Assembly (NCBI GenBank): GCA_031411295.1
Contig: JANOAV010000065.1
Location: forward strand, 1-26,321
Length of the DNA stretch: 26,321 nt
DNA from: Verrucomicrobiales bacterium
GTDB lineage: Bacteria; Verrucomicrobiota; Verrucomicrobiia; Verrucomicrobiales; V1-33
Reading direction: 5' to 3'
Numbering within the stretch: position 1 is the first letter of the stretch; each line of letters starts with the position of its first letter. The notes under the pieces are model-generated. The model was not told where the DNA came from, did no database searches, and was given only the letters and a program-made list of their open reading frames with translations. The translations under genes and the position numbers were made by a program. Shown piece by piece: positions 18,931-26,321 of this stretch.

Positions 18931-19944
18931 TTAACCGACCACCGCGCTAACTTCAGCGCTGGGGCCGCTTTCACCGGCATCGTTCACGGAGGTTACGCGC
19001 ACTTTGACGGTGGTGCCCGTGGTCAGCCCGGGCACGGTGGCATCGCTGTCGTAGAAGGGCGTGGCCAGCGCGTGGAAATCCGCGTCCACTCCCACCACCT
19101 GCAAATACAAACGATACCGATCCGCCCGCAGCGCATCCTCCCAATCCACCAGCAGCGTGCCTGGCGTGCCGGGAATGACCACCAGACCTTCGGGCGCTTC
19201 CGGCAGACTGGGGTCAGACGGCATGGACAGGCCGAACTGATGCCACCGTGGATCATCATCCGCCATCAGTTGATCCAGCTCGGATATAAGCCCGGACATC
19301 TTCGTCCGTAAATTTTCTTCCGCTGTGTCCCGGGCGTTTTTCGTGGTGCCGCAGGCGGTGACCGCCGTGGCCAAGTCCCCGCGTGCCGTTTTCAGGGCGG
19401 TTTCCGCAGTCGTAGCCAAAGCCACGGTGACATCCATATCCTCGCTGGCGTGGGCCGCATGATTGGTGAAGTGATTCTTCAGTGCCGTCACCAGCGTGTA
19501 GCGGTCCGCCTGGGTGGTGGGCACTCCCGTGGAATTCTCCGGCCAACCCGCTGCCGCCCACTCGGCGTTATAGTTCTCCCCGAAGAACTTGGACAATCTC
19601 CGCCGCGCATTCTTAATGAAGAGTTTGGCCGCATTGTCCGCCGTGGTCACGGTGGCATTGGCAGTCTTCTTCGCCACGCGGGCATCCTGATACGTCTGCT
19701 CCGCTCCCTCCATCGCCAGAATGGCCGGGCCGAAGCTGGCCTCCGTGTTTTGTTTTATCTGGAGCGTGGCCTCCAGATCGTGAATCCCCTTTTTCATGTC
19801 CTTCGCCAGTGCCAGGAGCCGGTCCAGCCGAGTTGGTAATGCATTGCTAGCCATCGTGCGTGTTTTCTTATGCGATTTTCCAGCGCCCACCTCATCATAG
19901 CGCACGCCGCTGTCCCATCTGCTGCCATCGTTCCATCGAGCCAT
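18931..19944 (-). CDS. Fibronectin type III domain-containing protein with N-terminal helical domain
   Basis: C-terminal PEAPEGLVV...LLVDWED...YRLYLQ...VPGL...VRVTSVNDAGESGPS is a canonical FN3 pattern; second in-frame ATG at 19854. Confidence 0.85.
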   Translation of the reverse strand: MARWNDGSRWDSGVRYDEVGAGKSHKKTRTMASNALPTRLDRLLALAKDMKKGIHDLEATLQIKQNTEASFGPAILAMEGAEQTYQDARVAKKTANATVTTADNAAKLFIKNARRRLSKFFGENYNAEWAAAGWPENSTGVPTTQADRYTLVTALKNHFTNHAAHASEDMDVTVALATTAETALKTARGDLATAVTACGTTKNARDTAEENLRTKMSGLISELDQLMADDDPRWHQFGLSMPSDPSLPEAPEGLVVIPGTPGTLLVDWEDALRADRYRLYLQVVGVDADFHALATPFYDSDATVPGLTTGTTVKVRVTSVNDAGESGPSAEVSAVVG

Positions 19945-20533
19945 AAATGAAGAGCTTCTGTAAAATCAGGTTTTTTAACGGATTGCGGTTCTTACCGGAA
20001 AACGGACCCTGACGAGCCCTAAGAAATTTACCGGGAAGCCACGGCGGCGGTTTTACTGAATTTCGCTAACGGTGACAAGAAAAATGTTGCGGGGTTTGGG
20101 AGAAAATCATACCCAGACGCCAATACTCATTTTACTTGTGCGTTAAATTCCTTTAGGCATCCCTCATGTCGAACCCAACGTCACCTGAAGCAAGCCTCAA
20201 GTCCGCAGCCACTGCGCCCTCGGAGTCTCATCCCTTGGCCACCTTCCGCACTCTTTTCGGGGAGGCGAGAGCTAGGGGTAATGAAGCTAGAAAGAAATCC
20301 ACTGCTGACGCTGCCACCTACCAGGCAGCACTGGCCCATGCCCAGATGCAGCCGTGGCCCTGCTGGAGGCTTAGCTGCTTTCTTACCAAGGACAATGTGC
20401 AGCAACTGTGCCACCTAGTTTTCAGAGGGAAAATTTGGTTCCTCAGGGTTTCAAACGTCCAAATTTCGGATATGATGAGTGAAAGCCTCAGGCGTTCAGG
20501 CTCTTAAGGTGAACAATTACACGTGAAACAGAC

Positions 20534-21703
20534 ATGAATAAACGTAACATCAGCCTCATTTTGCTAGCAGCGGGCCTTGGCATTTTTGCATTGAGCCGCT
20601 TCGGAGCGGTTGAACCTAAATTCTCCGCAGCAACTGTGGAACCGCAAGCTGCCTCCGTGCGCAAAAGCAATCCACCGATCAATTCGCCCACCGAAAAACC
20701 TGCCGTTGAAACTGCTGCGAAAACAGGGGCCTCGACCGGCGGGGACTTACTGGTTAACTGCCGGCGGATTCTTGCCCTGAAGGTAGGTAAAGAGGATAAC
20801 CGCAAAGCAGAAATGGACACTTTCCTCGCAGGGCTTTCGAGCGAAAGTGATTTGCTGGCCGTTTTGAGTTGTATTGGCGAGGCAGGTGAAGCGGGTAGTC
20901 AATTTTCCTATGCGTGGACGGCATTTTGGAAGCACCTGACTTCAACAAACCGCGCGCTTGCTATTCAGTGTATGGAGGCCTTGCCAGTTGATCATTGTTG
21001 GTATCGTGAAGCAGCGGAAGAGTTGGTTGAAGGTTGGGCTAAGAATGATCCCCAGGGTGCGGTCCAGTGGTTAGGCCAAAACCACAAGATAACCGGAGAT
21101 GCGATCACGCTTGTGGTCAAAAAGTTGATAAGAGGATACGCTGAAAATGATCCGGTGCAGGCGGCTCTTTATGCCTCAAAGATTTTCGATCCCTCTGAAA
21201 AGGATTTTCGGAACGTCACCTTCGATATTAGTAAGGCAGCGTTCGTGAATGGTGGTGAAGCGGGCTTACGGGCTTGGTTTGAGGCTATTCCGCCAGAATA
21301 TAAAAGATCGTATTTTGGCTCAGTGGGTAATCGACTCGGCTCAAAGAACGAGGCTTTGCAGCAGCAATGGTTGGAGGAACACGTAGCATCGCCCTATCGA
21401 TTAAACAGTGCCTACGAAAACTTCATCAAATCGCGAGCTACGACCAACCCTCAAGCTGCCGTCGAGTTCGGGCTGAGTATTACTCCACATGTTACTGATG
21501 GCACCACTGTCTCCATTCGCCCTGCCGTGGAGGTATGGCTGAGCGATGATTCCTCGGGACTTACGGGTTATCTACAGAAATTGTCGGATGGGCCAAACAA
21601 GGCCGCGATCACCTCGGAAATAGCCCTTCAAGTTCAAAATGGTAAAACTTTTGCGATTCGTAGAGCTGCTCAGCAGGTTTCCCAAGCTTTAAATTCCAAA
21701 TAG
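20534..21703 (+). CDS. Membrane-anchored hypothetical protein with 'W..DP..A..W' helical repeats
   Basis: N-terminal hydrophobic segment; GWAKNDPQGAVQWL, GYAENDPVQAALY, TNPQAAVEF. Confidence 0.75.
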   Translation: MNKRNISLILLAAGLGIFALSRFGAVEPKFSAATVEPQAASVRKSNPPINSPTEKPAVETAAKTGASTGGDLLVNCRRILALKVGKEDNRKAEMDTFLAGLSSESDLLAVLSCIGEAGEAGSQFSYAWTAFWKHLTSTNRALAIQCMEALPVDHCWYREAAEELVEGWAKNDPQGAVQWLGQNHKITGDAITLVVKKLIRGYAENDPVQAALYASKIFDPSEKDFRNVTFDISKAAFVNGGEAGLRAWFEAIPPEYKRSYFGSVGNRLGSKNEALQQQWLEEHVASPYRLNSAYENFIKSRATTNPQAAVEFGLSITPHVTDGTTVSIRPAVEVWLSDDSSGLTGYLQKLSDGPNKAAITSEIALQVQNGKTFAIRRAAQQVSQALNSK

Positions 21704-21829
21704 TTGGGGAGATGCTGGCTTTCGTTTCAGGCAATCAGGGAAATGGTATCTCGGAGGTATCTCTGGTAACTCCTTGGTAATCAGTGGGTTTTCGGTGGCG
21801 GGGAGCTTGAGATCTTGCTAGCAAGTGAC

Positions 21830-22075
21830 TTTTTGGACCGGAAGGATTTTCGGCTGCGCTAAAACGCGACGTTTTGGGCCGGACGGGAGTTCATCCGCGC
21901 TAAAACGTCGCGTTTTGGCGTGGTGGGAATTCCGATTGGACCAAACGCTTCCCGTTTGGTGAGCTGCGGATTCCCCACCGCTCCAAAACGGAACGATTTG
22001 GGTCGGAAAAGTTCCCCGCCACTCCAAACGCTTCCGTTGTGGGCGGGAGGGAATTTCTTCCGTGTCAAAACGTAG
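21830..22075. repeat. Degenerate ~41-bp periodic array of alternating palindromes (BIME-like)
   Basis: (A/C)AAACG at 21861, 21902, 21942, 21985, 22025, 22067, mostly followed by CGTTT-like half-sites; GGA(A/G)TTC-like centres between them. Confidence 0.75.
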
Positions 22076-22159
22076 CCGTGAGGCGCTGGGCTTACGAATG
22101 GTAAGACTCGAAAATCACGGAAAATCAAAGCGCGGAGCACCTTGATGCAAAAAATGAAA

Positions 22160-22243
22160 TTAGACAAAAGAATGGCAGACAAAAGAATGGTGGTTGGATT
22201 GGCACGGTCAGGACATTCTTCTGTCTGCCATTCTTCTGTCTAA
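22160..22243. repeat. 30-bp inverted repeat with tandem 15-bp units
   Basis: TTAGACAAAAGAATGGCAGACAAAAGAATG (22160-22189) vs 22214-22243, 28/30 complementary, 24-nt loop. Confidence 0.9.
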
Positions 22244-22606
22244 ACTCGTTTCTTCTCAACTGGGCACAAAATTAAGGTGGCCTTTATTAAGGCTCTGGAA
22301 GTTCAGTCGATTCGATAATATTGACTATACGACTCATATTGACCCCATGCGTAAGCCCTGGGTGAGTCGTGGCGGAAAAAGCGATTGCTCCGCAGCCGAG
22401 TCCAACCTAGCCTTCCGGCCAAGCGATTGTCGCCTCCAGCAGTCAACCCGACGTATGAACCATGAGCAATAGTTGTCACGATCCCAACCAATCCGCAGGC
22501 TGCAACCTGACGCTTGCAGCAATAGCAGGCACTTTTGTCGCAGTATCATCCAGAAAACTAAGGCACTCTTTGGGGGGGAAGTAGAGTGTTCGCCTAAATA
22601 ACCGAG

Positions 22607-23083
22607 ATGTTCATCGTTACTGAGTTTGGAGTTCCACATGTGGCGGATTCCTTGGAGAAATCCCGGCCTTTGAATCGTCTGGCGGTGATGGAGCGGACTT
22701 GGTTGCGTTGTTTTGCCTTCGATGCCCATCAGCGTTACCGTCGCCTCCCATCATACGAACCCGGCATTATTGCCGTTCAGCGGCTTCTGGCTCGGTTGTG
22801 CTACAATCCACGAACCGACGTTGTTACCCGCTGGGAGCCAGCGGGCAGTTATGCTTTGGCCGATATTGTAGCGGAGGTGGAGCGAGGATTGGAGACCGAC
22901 GATGACATCATTCAGCAGTGGTTTGGCGCGGATGACGTGCTTAGATTGCTTCGTTCCGCAACGGACTTCCAAGAGATGGCGGACGCAATTCGATGCGTCT
23001 GCGGCGAGTTTGAGAGCGACGCTCGATTGCAAATGGTTGTTGACGGCGTTCTCGGTCGATCCCCAGATTCTGAAAATTCATGA
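22607..23083 (+). CDS. Hypothetical protein, gene-cassette-like
   Basis: 158-aa ORF starting 13 nt after GTTCGCC and followed by an attC-like arm. Confidence 0.65.
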   Translation: MFIVTEFGVPHVADSLEKSRPLNRLAVMERTWLRCFAFDAHQRYRRLPSYEPGIIAVQRLLARLCYNPRTDVVTRWEPAGSYALADIVAEVERGLETDDDIIQQWFGADDVLRLLRSATDFQEMADAIRCVCGEFESDARLQMVVDGVLGRSPDSENS

Positions 23084-23105
23084 CCCTTCACCACAGCCAA
23101 ACAAA

Positions 23106-23197
23106 GGCGAGCAAGGCGCGGTTGATCAACCGCTGGGGCTGCTCTGTCGGCCATGCTTTCTTTAACTTTAACCCGCCGTCCCGTTTGAAGCTCACCC
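23106..23197 (+). mobile_element. Truncated attC-like site (left arm only)
   Basis: GGCGAGC-AAGGCGCGG start, one mismatch from GGCGAAC, the complement of GTTCGCC at 22588-22594; no closing GTT core before the next ATG. Confidence 0.5.
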
Positions 23198-23202
23198 ACA
23201 CC

Positions 23203-23697
23203 ATGAAAACTCGCAGTCTAATCGCTCTGGCTCTTTGGGTAATCAACTTCGGGATGCTCGTGGGCATTGGGGTGGCGCATCCACAGACCGCCACGCCAGA
23301 CGCTGTGGCTCTCACTGCCACTGAACGAGTTGAGCGTCTCATGCGAGAGTTGCCAGAGGCCAAGGTTGCTCGGAGGCTAGAGATTGTCGCAGAGCTTTAC
23401 TCATTCACTGGAGCCAAAAACGCAGACCCCTCAATTCCACTAATGCGTTTTGGCTATGACGTAACCCAGAACTCAGACGGCACCAAGACTCGGGGAGCGA
23501 AGCCAGATAGGAATCAGGTGTTGAGGAAAGTCATCCCCATTTTGATTGATATGATCGACGACCGGGAGCGTATGGACTGCAAAGCCTGGTGGATTCTTAT
23601 TTCCCTCCAGAGTTCATGCCTAGAACCGAAGAAGGCCACTTGGCAGCGCTGGTGGCAGGAGGACGGATCGAAGGCATTCAAAGACTCTGACCGATGA
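23203..23697 (+). CDS. Secreted hypothetical protein, gene-cassette-like
   Basis: ATG 23203 gives MKTRSLIALALWVINFGMLVGIGVA signal peptide; ends W..WW; the upstream in-frame extension to 23080 runs through the attC-like DNA. Confidence 0.65.
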   Translation: MKTRSLIALALWVINFGMLVGIGVAHPQTATPDAVALTATERVERLMRELPEAKVARRLEIVAELYSFTGAKNADPSIPLMRFGYDVTQNSDGTKTRGAKPDRNQVLRKVIPILIDMIDDRERMDCKAWWILISLQSSCLEPKKATWQRWWQEDGSKAFKDSDR

Positions 23698-23836
23698 ATG
23701 ACACTGATTTTGAACTCCCACCGCACCAGCTCCATCCACGTGCCGCCTGCCCAGCGGGGGCGGCACCGCTATGATTGCACCATGATGAAGCTCAGCACTA
23801 TGAAATCTAAATCCATCGCCTCAAGAAACTGATTCC

Positions 23837-24250
23837 ATGTCCTCGACCAAAGCACTCTGTTCGTCCTGTCAACAGCTTGAAGCGACTCACTTCGTGACGT
23901 CATTCCTTTACGGACTTCAGACGAATCTCGAGCTTTGTGACGTCTGCTTTCAAAAGCACGATCAATCCCCTGGAATGAGGATTCCGGACTTGAGCAATGC
24001 TCGATGCGACTACTGTGGTGGCTCACCGATAGGCGCGTTGTATAGGCAGCCGGAGCTGCGAGGCCCTTCTGATTGCGAGTTTACTTTTACATGCCTTGCG
24101 TGTTCGCTGGTGAAGGTTGAGGAGATCGAGCGCCTTGATGCTGAGTTGAGAGCCGCCGGAGAGCTGCTTTCCACGATCAACGCCCTGAAGCAGTTCATGA
24201 CTGAGTTAGATCGTAGGGTGCAGATCAGAATTTCGGGAGGTATGAACTGA
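23837..24250 (+). CDS. Cys-rich zinc-binding protein with McsA-like N-terminus
   Basis: Four CxxC motifs (CSSC, CDVC, CDYC, CLAC); LCSSCQQLEATHFVT...G....LELCDVC resembles the first McsA zinc finger. Confidence 0.6.
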   Translation: MSSTKALCSSCQQLEATHFVTSFLYGLQTNLELCDVCFQKHDQSPGMRIPDLSNARCDYCGGSPIGALYRQPELRGPSDCEFTFTCLACSLVKVEEIERLDAELRAAGELLSTINALKQFMTELDRRVQIRISGGMN

Positions 24251-24299
24251 ACTTGTGCATTACCCCTTGCGGGGCGTTGGCGGGGTGGCCACTTAGGGG

Positions 24300-24986
24300 A
24301 TGATGGACTACGAGCGACTTCATGAAGATGGCTATATCCTGCTGCGCGGAGCGATTCCGGCGGAGTGGTTGGAAGAACTGCGTGCGGCGTTTGACCGGGG
24401 GGTAAAGCCGTCGGACCAATGGCCGACCCCACGCGGGAGGGACTGGCGGCATGCGTTGGTGGACTTGGAGCCGAAGGTGCAAGCCCTGTGCCGCCTGCCA
24501 GAGGTGCTGGCGGCGGTGGGTGGGCTGATCGGGGAACGGTTCTTTCTTTCCCAGGTGGAAGGCCGGGAGCCATTGCTAAACGGAGGTCAGCAGTTGCTGC
24601 ACCGTGATTTTTCGGCCCAGCGGCCGGGGGATTCGGTGGTGGTCATTGCCTATGCGGACGACTATGGTCCCGAGAATGGAGCCACGCGGATTGTGCCTGG
24701 CAGTCATCGCGTGGCAGTTGGTGCGCCTGCATTCGATTTCGCGGATGAATCCCGCTCGGTGCAGCTCGCTGGTGCTGCGGGAGATATCCTGGTGTTCGAT
24801 GCGGATTTGGTGCATGCGGGCACTGTGAACCCGACGGGGGCACGCCGCCGAAGTTTTCTGGCCGGTTATTTCGCGGAGTCGCTTTATGGTTCCCATTTGG
24901 CAACGGCCACGCTGCGTGGGGTGCAGATGGATACGTCGGAACGGTTTGATTCCATGAAGGTGCAGCTGCCCGCTGGGCTGCTCTGA
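24300..24986 (+). CDS. Phytanoyl-CoA dioxygenase (PhyH) family Fe(II)/2OG oxygenase
   Basis: DGYILLRGAI, LHRD (HxD), NGATRIVPGSH, AGDILVFD..LVHAG..N.T...RR. Confidence 0.88.
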   Translation: MMDYERLHEDGYILLRGAIPAEWLEELRAAFDRGVKPSDQWPTPRGRDWRHALVDLEPKVQALCRLPEVLAAVGGLIGERFFLSQVEGREPLLNGGQQLLHRDFSAQRPGDSVVVIAYADDYGPENGATRIVPGSHRVAVGAPAFDFADESRSVQLAGAAGDILVFDADLVHAGTVNPTGARRRSFLAGYFAESLYGSHLATATLRGVQMDTSERFDSMKVQLPAGLL

Positions 24987-24988
24987 TC
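24917..24988 (+). repeat. 72-bp direct repeat, copy 1 (3' end of PhyH gene including a REP)
   Basis: 67/72 identical to 26243-26314; first 34 bp identical. Confidence 0.95.
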
Positions 24989-25026
24989 GGGATGGAGCAG
25001 CCCAGCGGGCAGCTCCACCCTCATGG
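24952..25026. repeat. Inverted REP doublet forming a long hairpin
   Basis: GTGCAGCTGCCCGCTGGGCTGCTC 24960-24983 and inverted GTGGAGCTGCCCGCTGGGCTGCTC 24995-25018; pairing extends to CCATGA/TCATGG. Confidence 0.9.
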
Positions 25027-25128
25027 TCACGCGACGGGGCCGGTGGGTCATATTTATTCGCCCAAGTTTACCTTGCCATCTCGCCATGGTAGCGCAGGGT
25101 CGGCAGCGCCCAACAAGAGCACTGAAAA

Positions 25129-25686
25129 ATGAACACCTCCCTCCTTTCCGACTTGGATGACATCGAGTTAATGCATCTGACCTCTGGCGGGAATAAAGAG
25201 GCTCTGGGTCTATTGTATGACCGCCATGCCCCGTTACTCCAGTCGGTGCTCACGCAAAAACTTGAAGACCCGGTAGAGGCACAGGACATTGTGCACGACG
25301 TATTTGTGAAACTCCATACCAAGACCCATCTCTACAATCCCGCCTTGGGGAAACCCGTCGCCTGGCTCCTGACCGTGGCCCGGAATTCTGCCATGGACAA
25401 ATTGCGTCGGCGTTCGACTCATCAGAAATATATCAATGCAGCCATGCTGGACATTGAACCCAGTGCGCCAGCTCATCCGGGGCTTCATGACGATGAAATG
25501 AAAGTGCTCAGCAACTGTCTGGGCGGGTTGCCAACGCAACAACAAAACATTCTCCAAATGGTATATTTCAGTGGTCTGACGCAGCAGGAAATTGCGGATC
25601 GCATCACGCGGCCACTGGGATCGGTGAAAGCGTGGGTCCGCCGTGGCTTAATCCAACTGCGGGATTGTGTGGAGGGTAAATTATGA
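25129..25686 (+). CDS. ECF sigma-70 family RNA polymerase sigma factor
   Basis: Region 2 AQDIVHDVF...AWLLTVARNSAMDKLRR; region 4 YFSGLTQQEIA...PLGSVKAWVRRGL. Confidence 0.93.
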   Translation: MNTSLLSDLDDIELMHLTSGGNKEALGLLYDRHAPLLQSVLTQKLEDPVEAQDIVHDVFVKLHTKTHLYNPALGKPVAWLLTVARNSAMDKLRRRSTHQKYINAAMLDIEPSAPAHPGLHDDEMKVLSNCLGGLPTQQQNILQMVYFSGLTQQEIADRITRPLGSVKAWVRRGLIQLRDCVEGKL

Positions 25687-26231
25687 TCGACGAAACCCAA
25701 CAAGAGTCGGCCAGCCTGTATGTGCTGGGATTGCTCCCGGAGCCGGAAGCGATCACCTTCGAAGCGGAGTTCGGTGCCGACGCTGCATTGAGCGCGGAGG
25801 TCGCCTCATTAAACAATGCCACCCTAGCCCTGGCCCGCTCTGCGCCCCCTGTGAGCACGTCGGCTGGTGGTCGGGAGAAACTGCTGGCCAGCCTTGAGGT
25901 GATTCCCGAATTGCCGACAGGATTCCATGTGGTCCCCAACGATGAAGTGGGATGGCAGGACACAGCCGTGCCTGGCTTCCGGATCAAGCCGCTGGGGATC
26001 AGTCGGGACATCGGCTACGAGACGCTGATGATAGAATTTGCCCCCGGCACGTGGTATCCCGCCCATCTGCATGAATCCACCGAGCAACTTCTCGTTTTCT
26101 CCGGCACGGTGCAAACGGAGGGCCGGATCCTGGGCCCGGGAGATTTCATCCAGGCCGAACCTGGCACTCACCATCAAGCACTCTATTCGCACGGAGGCTG
26201 TCGAGCCCTGCTCGTGCGTCGTGCGGCTTAA
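25683..26231 (+). CDS. Anti-sigma factor with ChrR-like cupin domain
   Basis: ATGA overlap with the sigma gene; ASLYVLGLLPEPE anti-sigma start; cupin YPAHLHESTEQLLV...GPGDF...GTHH. Confidence 0.85.
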   Translation: MIDETQQESASLYVLGLLPEPEAITFEAEFGADAALSAEVASLNNATLALARSAPPVSTSAGGREKLLASLEVIPELPTGFHVVPNDEVGWQDTAVPGFRIKPLGISRDIGYETLMIEFAPGTWYPAHLHESTEQLLVFSGTVQTEGRILGPGDFIQAEPGTHHQALYSHGGCRALLVRRAA

Positions 26232-26242
26232 GAATCGCTTCC

Positions 26243-26314
26243 TGGGGTGCAGATGGATACGTCGGAACGGTTTGATCCCCCGAATGTGGAGCTGCCCGCT
26301 GGGCTGCTCTGATC
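26243..26314 (+). repeat. 72-bp direct repeat, copy 2 (duplicated PhyH 3' end plus REP)
   Basis: Matches 24917-24988; reads GVQMDTSERFDPPNVELPAGLL*; REP at 26286-26309. Confidence 0.95.
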
Positions 26315-26321
26315 ACGATTG

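Noticed and set aside
20166..20507. 113-aa ORF, possibly frameshifted near 20345
   Set aside because: First half looks protein-like and second half does not; no recognisable family, so it cannot be supported.
21830..22075. CRISPR array interpretation
   Set aside because: Repeats are degenerate, the period is only ~41 bp, linkers are short and self-complementary, and no cas genes are present.
22250..22580. Possible intI remnant or attI upstream of the cassette-like ORFs
   Set aside because: No tyrosine recombinase motifs in the frames read; only a short CACTCT/AGAGTG stem.
23080..23202. N-terminal extension of the 205-aa ORF
   Set aside because: Reads through attC-like DNA; the signal peptide starts at 23203.

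Overview
Bacterial chromosomal segment, most consistent with a Verrucomicrobia/PVC organism (inferred from an SHD1-like protein, Tat-exported sugar enzymes, a DUF1080-ThuA fusion and 'W..DP..A..W' proteins). The first ~15.8 kb is gene-dense: a secreted HExxH peptidase, a DPBB-like protein, rlmN, tRNA-Arg(CCG), tmk, a Gfo/Idh/MocA dehydrogenase, DUF1080-ThuA, a prenyltransferase-repeat protein, a tandem pair of active and catalytically dead Deg/HtrA proteases, a TIM-barrel isomerase, a SOUL protein and a GNAT. From ~15.8 kb the window looks accessory. It holds a GTGG-type REP family (5 copies), an internally deleted vapC/PIN pseudogene absent from the ORF track, two long hairpins with tandem-duplicated arms, an FN3-domain gene, a ~41-bp periodic array of alternating palindromes, three cassette-like ORFs with attC-like remnants, and an ECF sigma/cupin anti-sigma pair bracketed by a 72-bp direct repeat of the 3' end of a PhyH gene. 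No integrase, transposase or cas gene is visible. All family calls come from reading motifs by eye; no database search was run.
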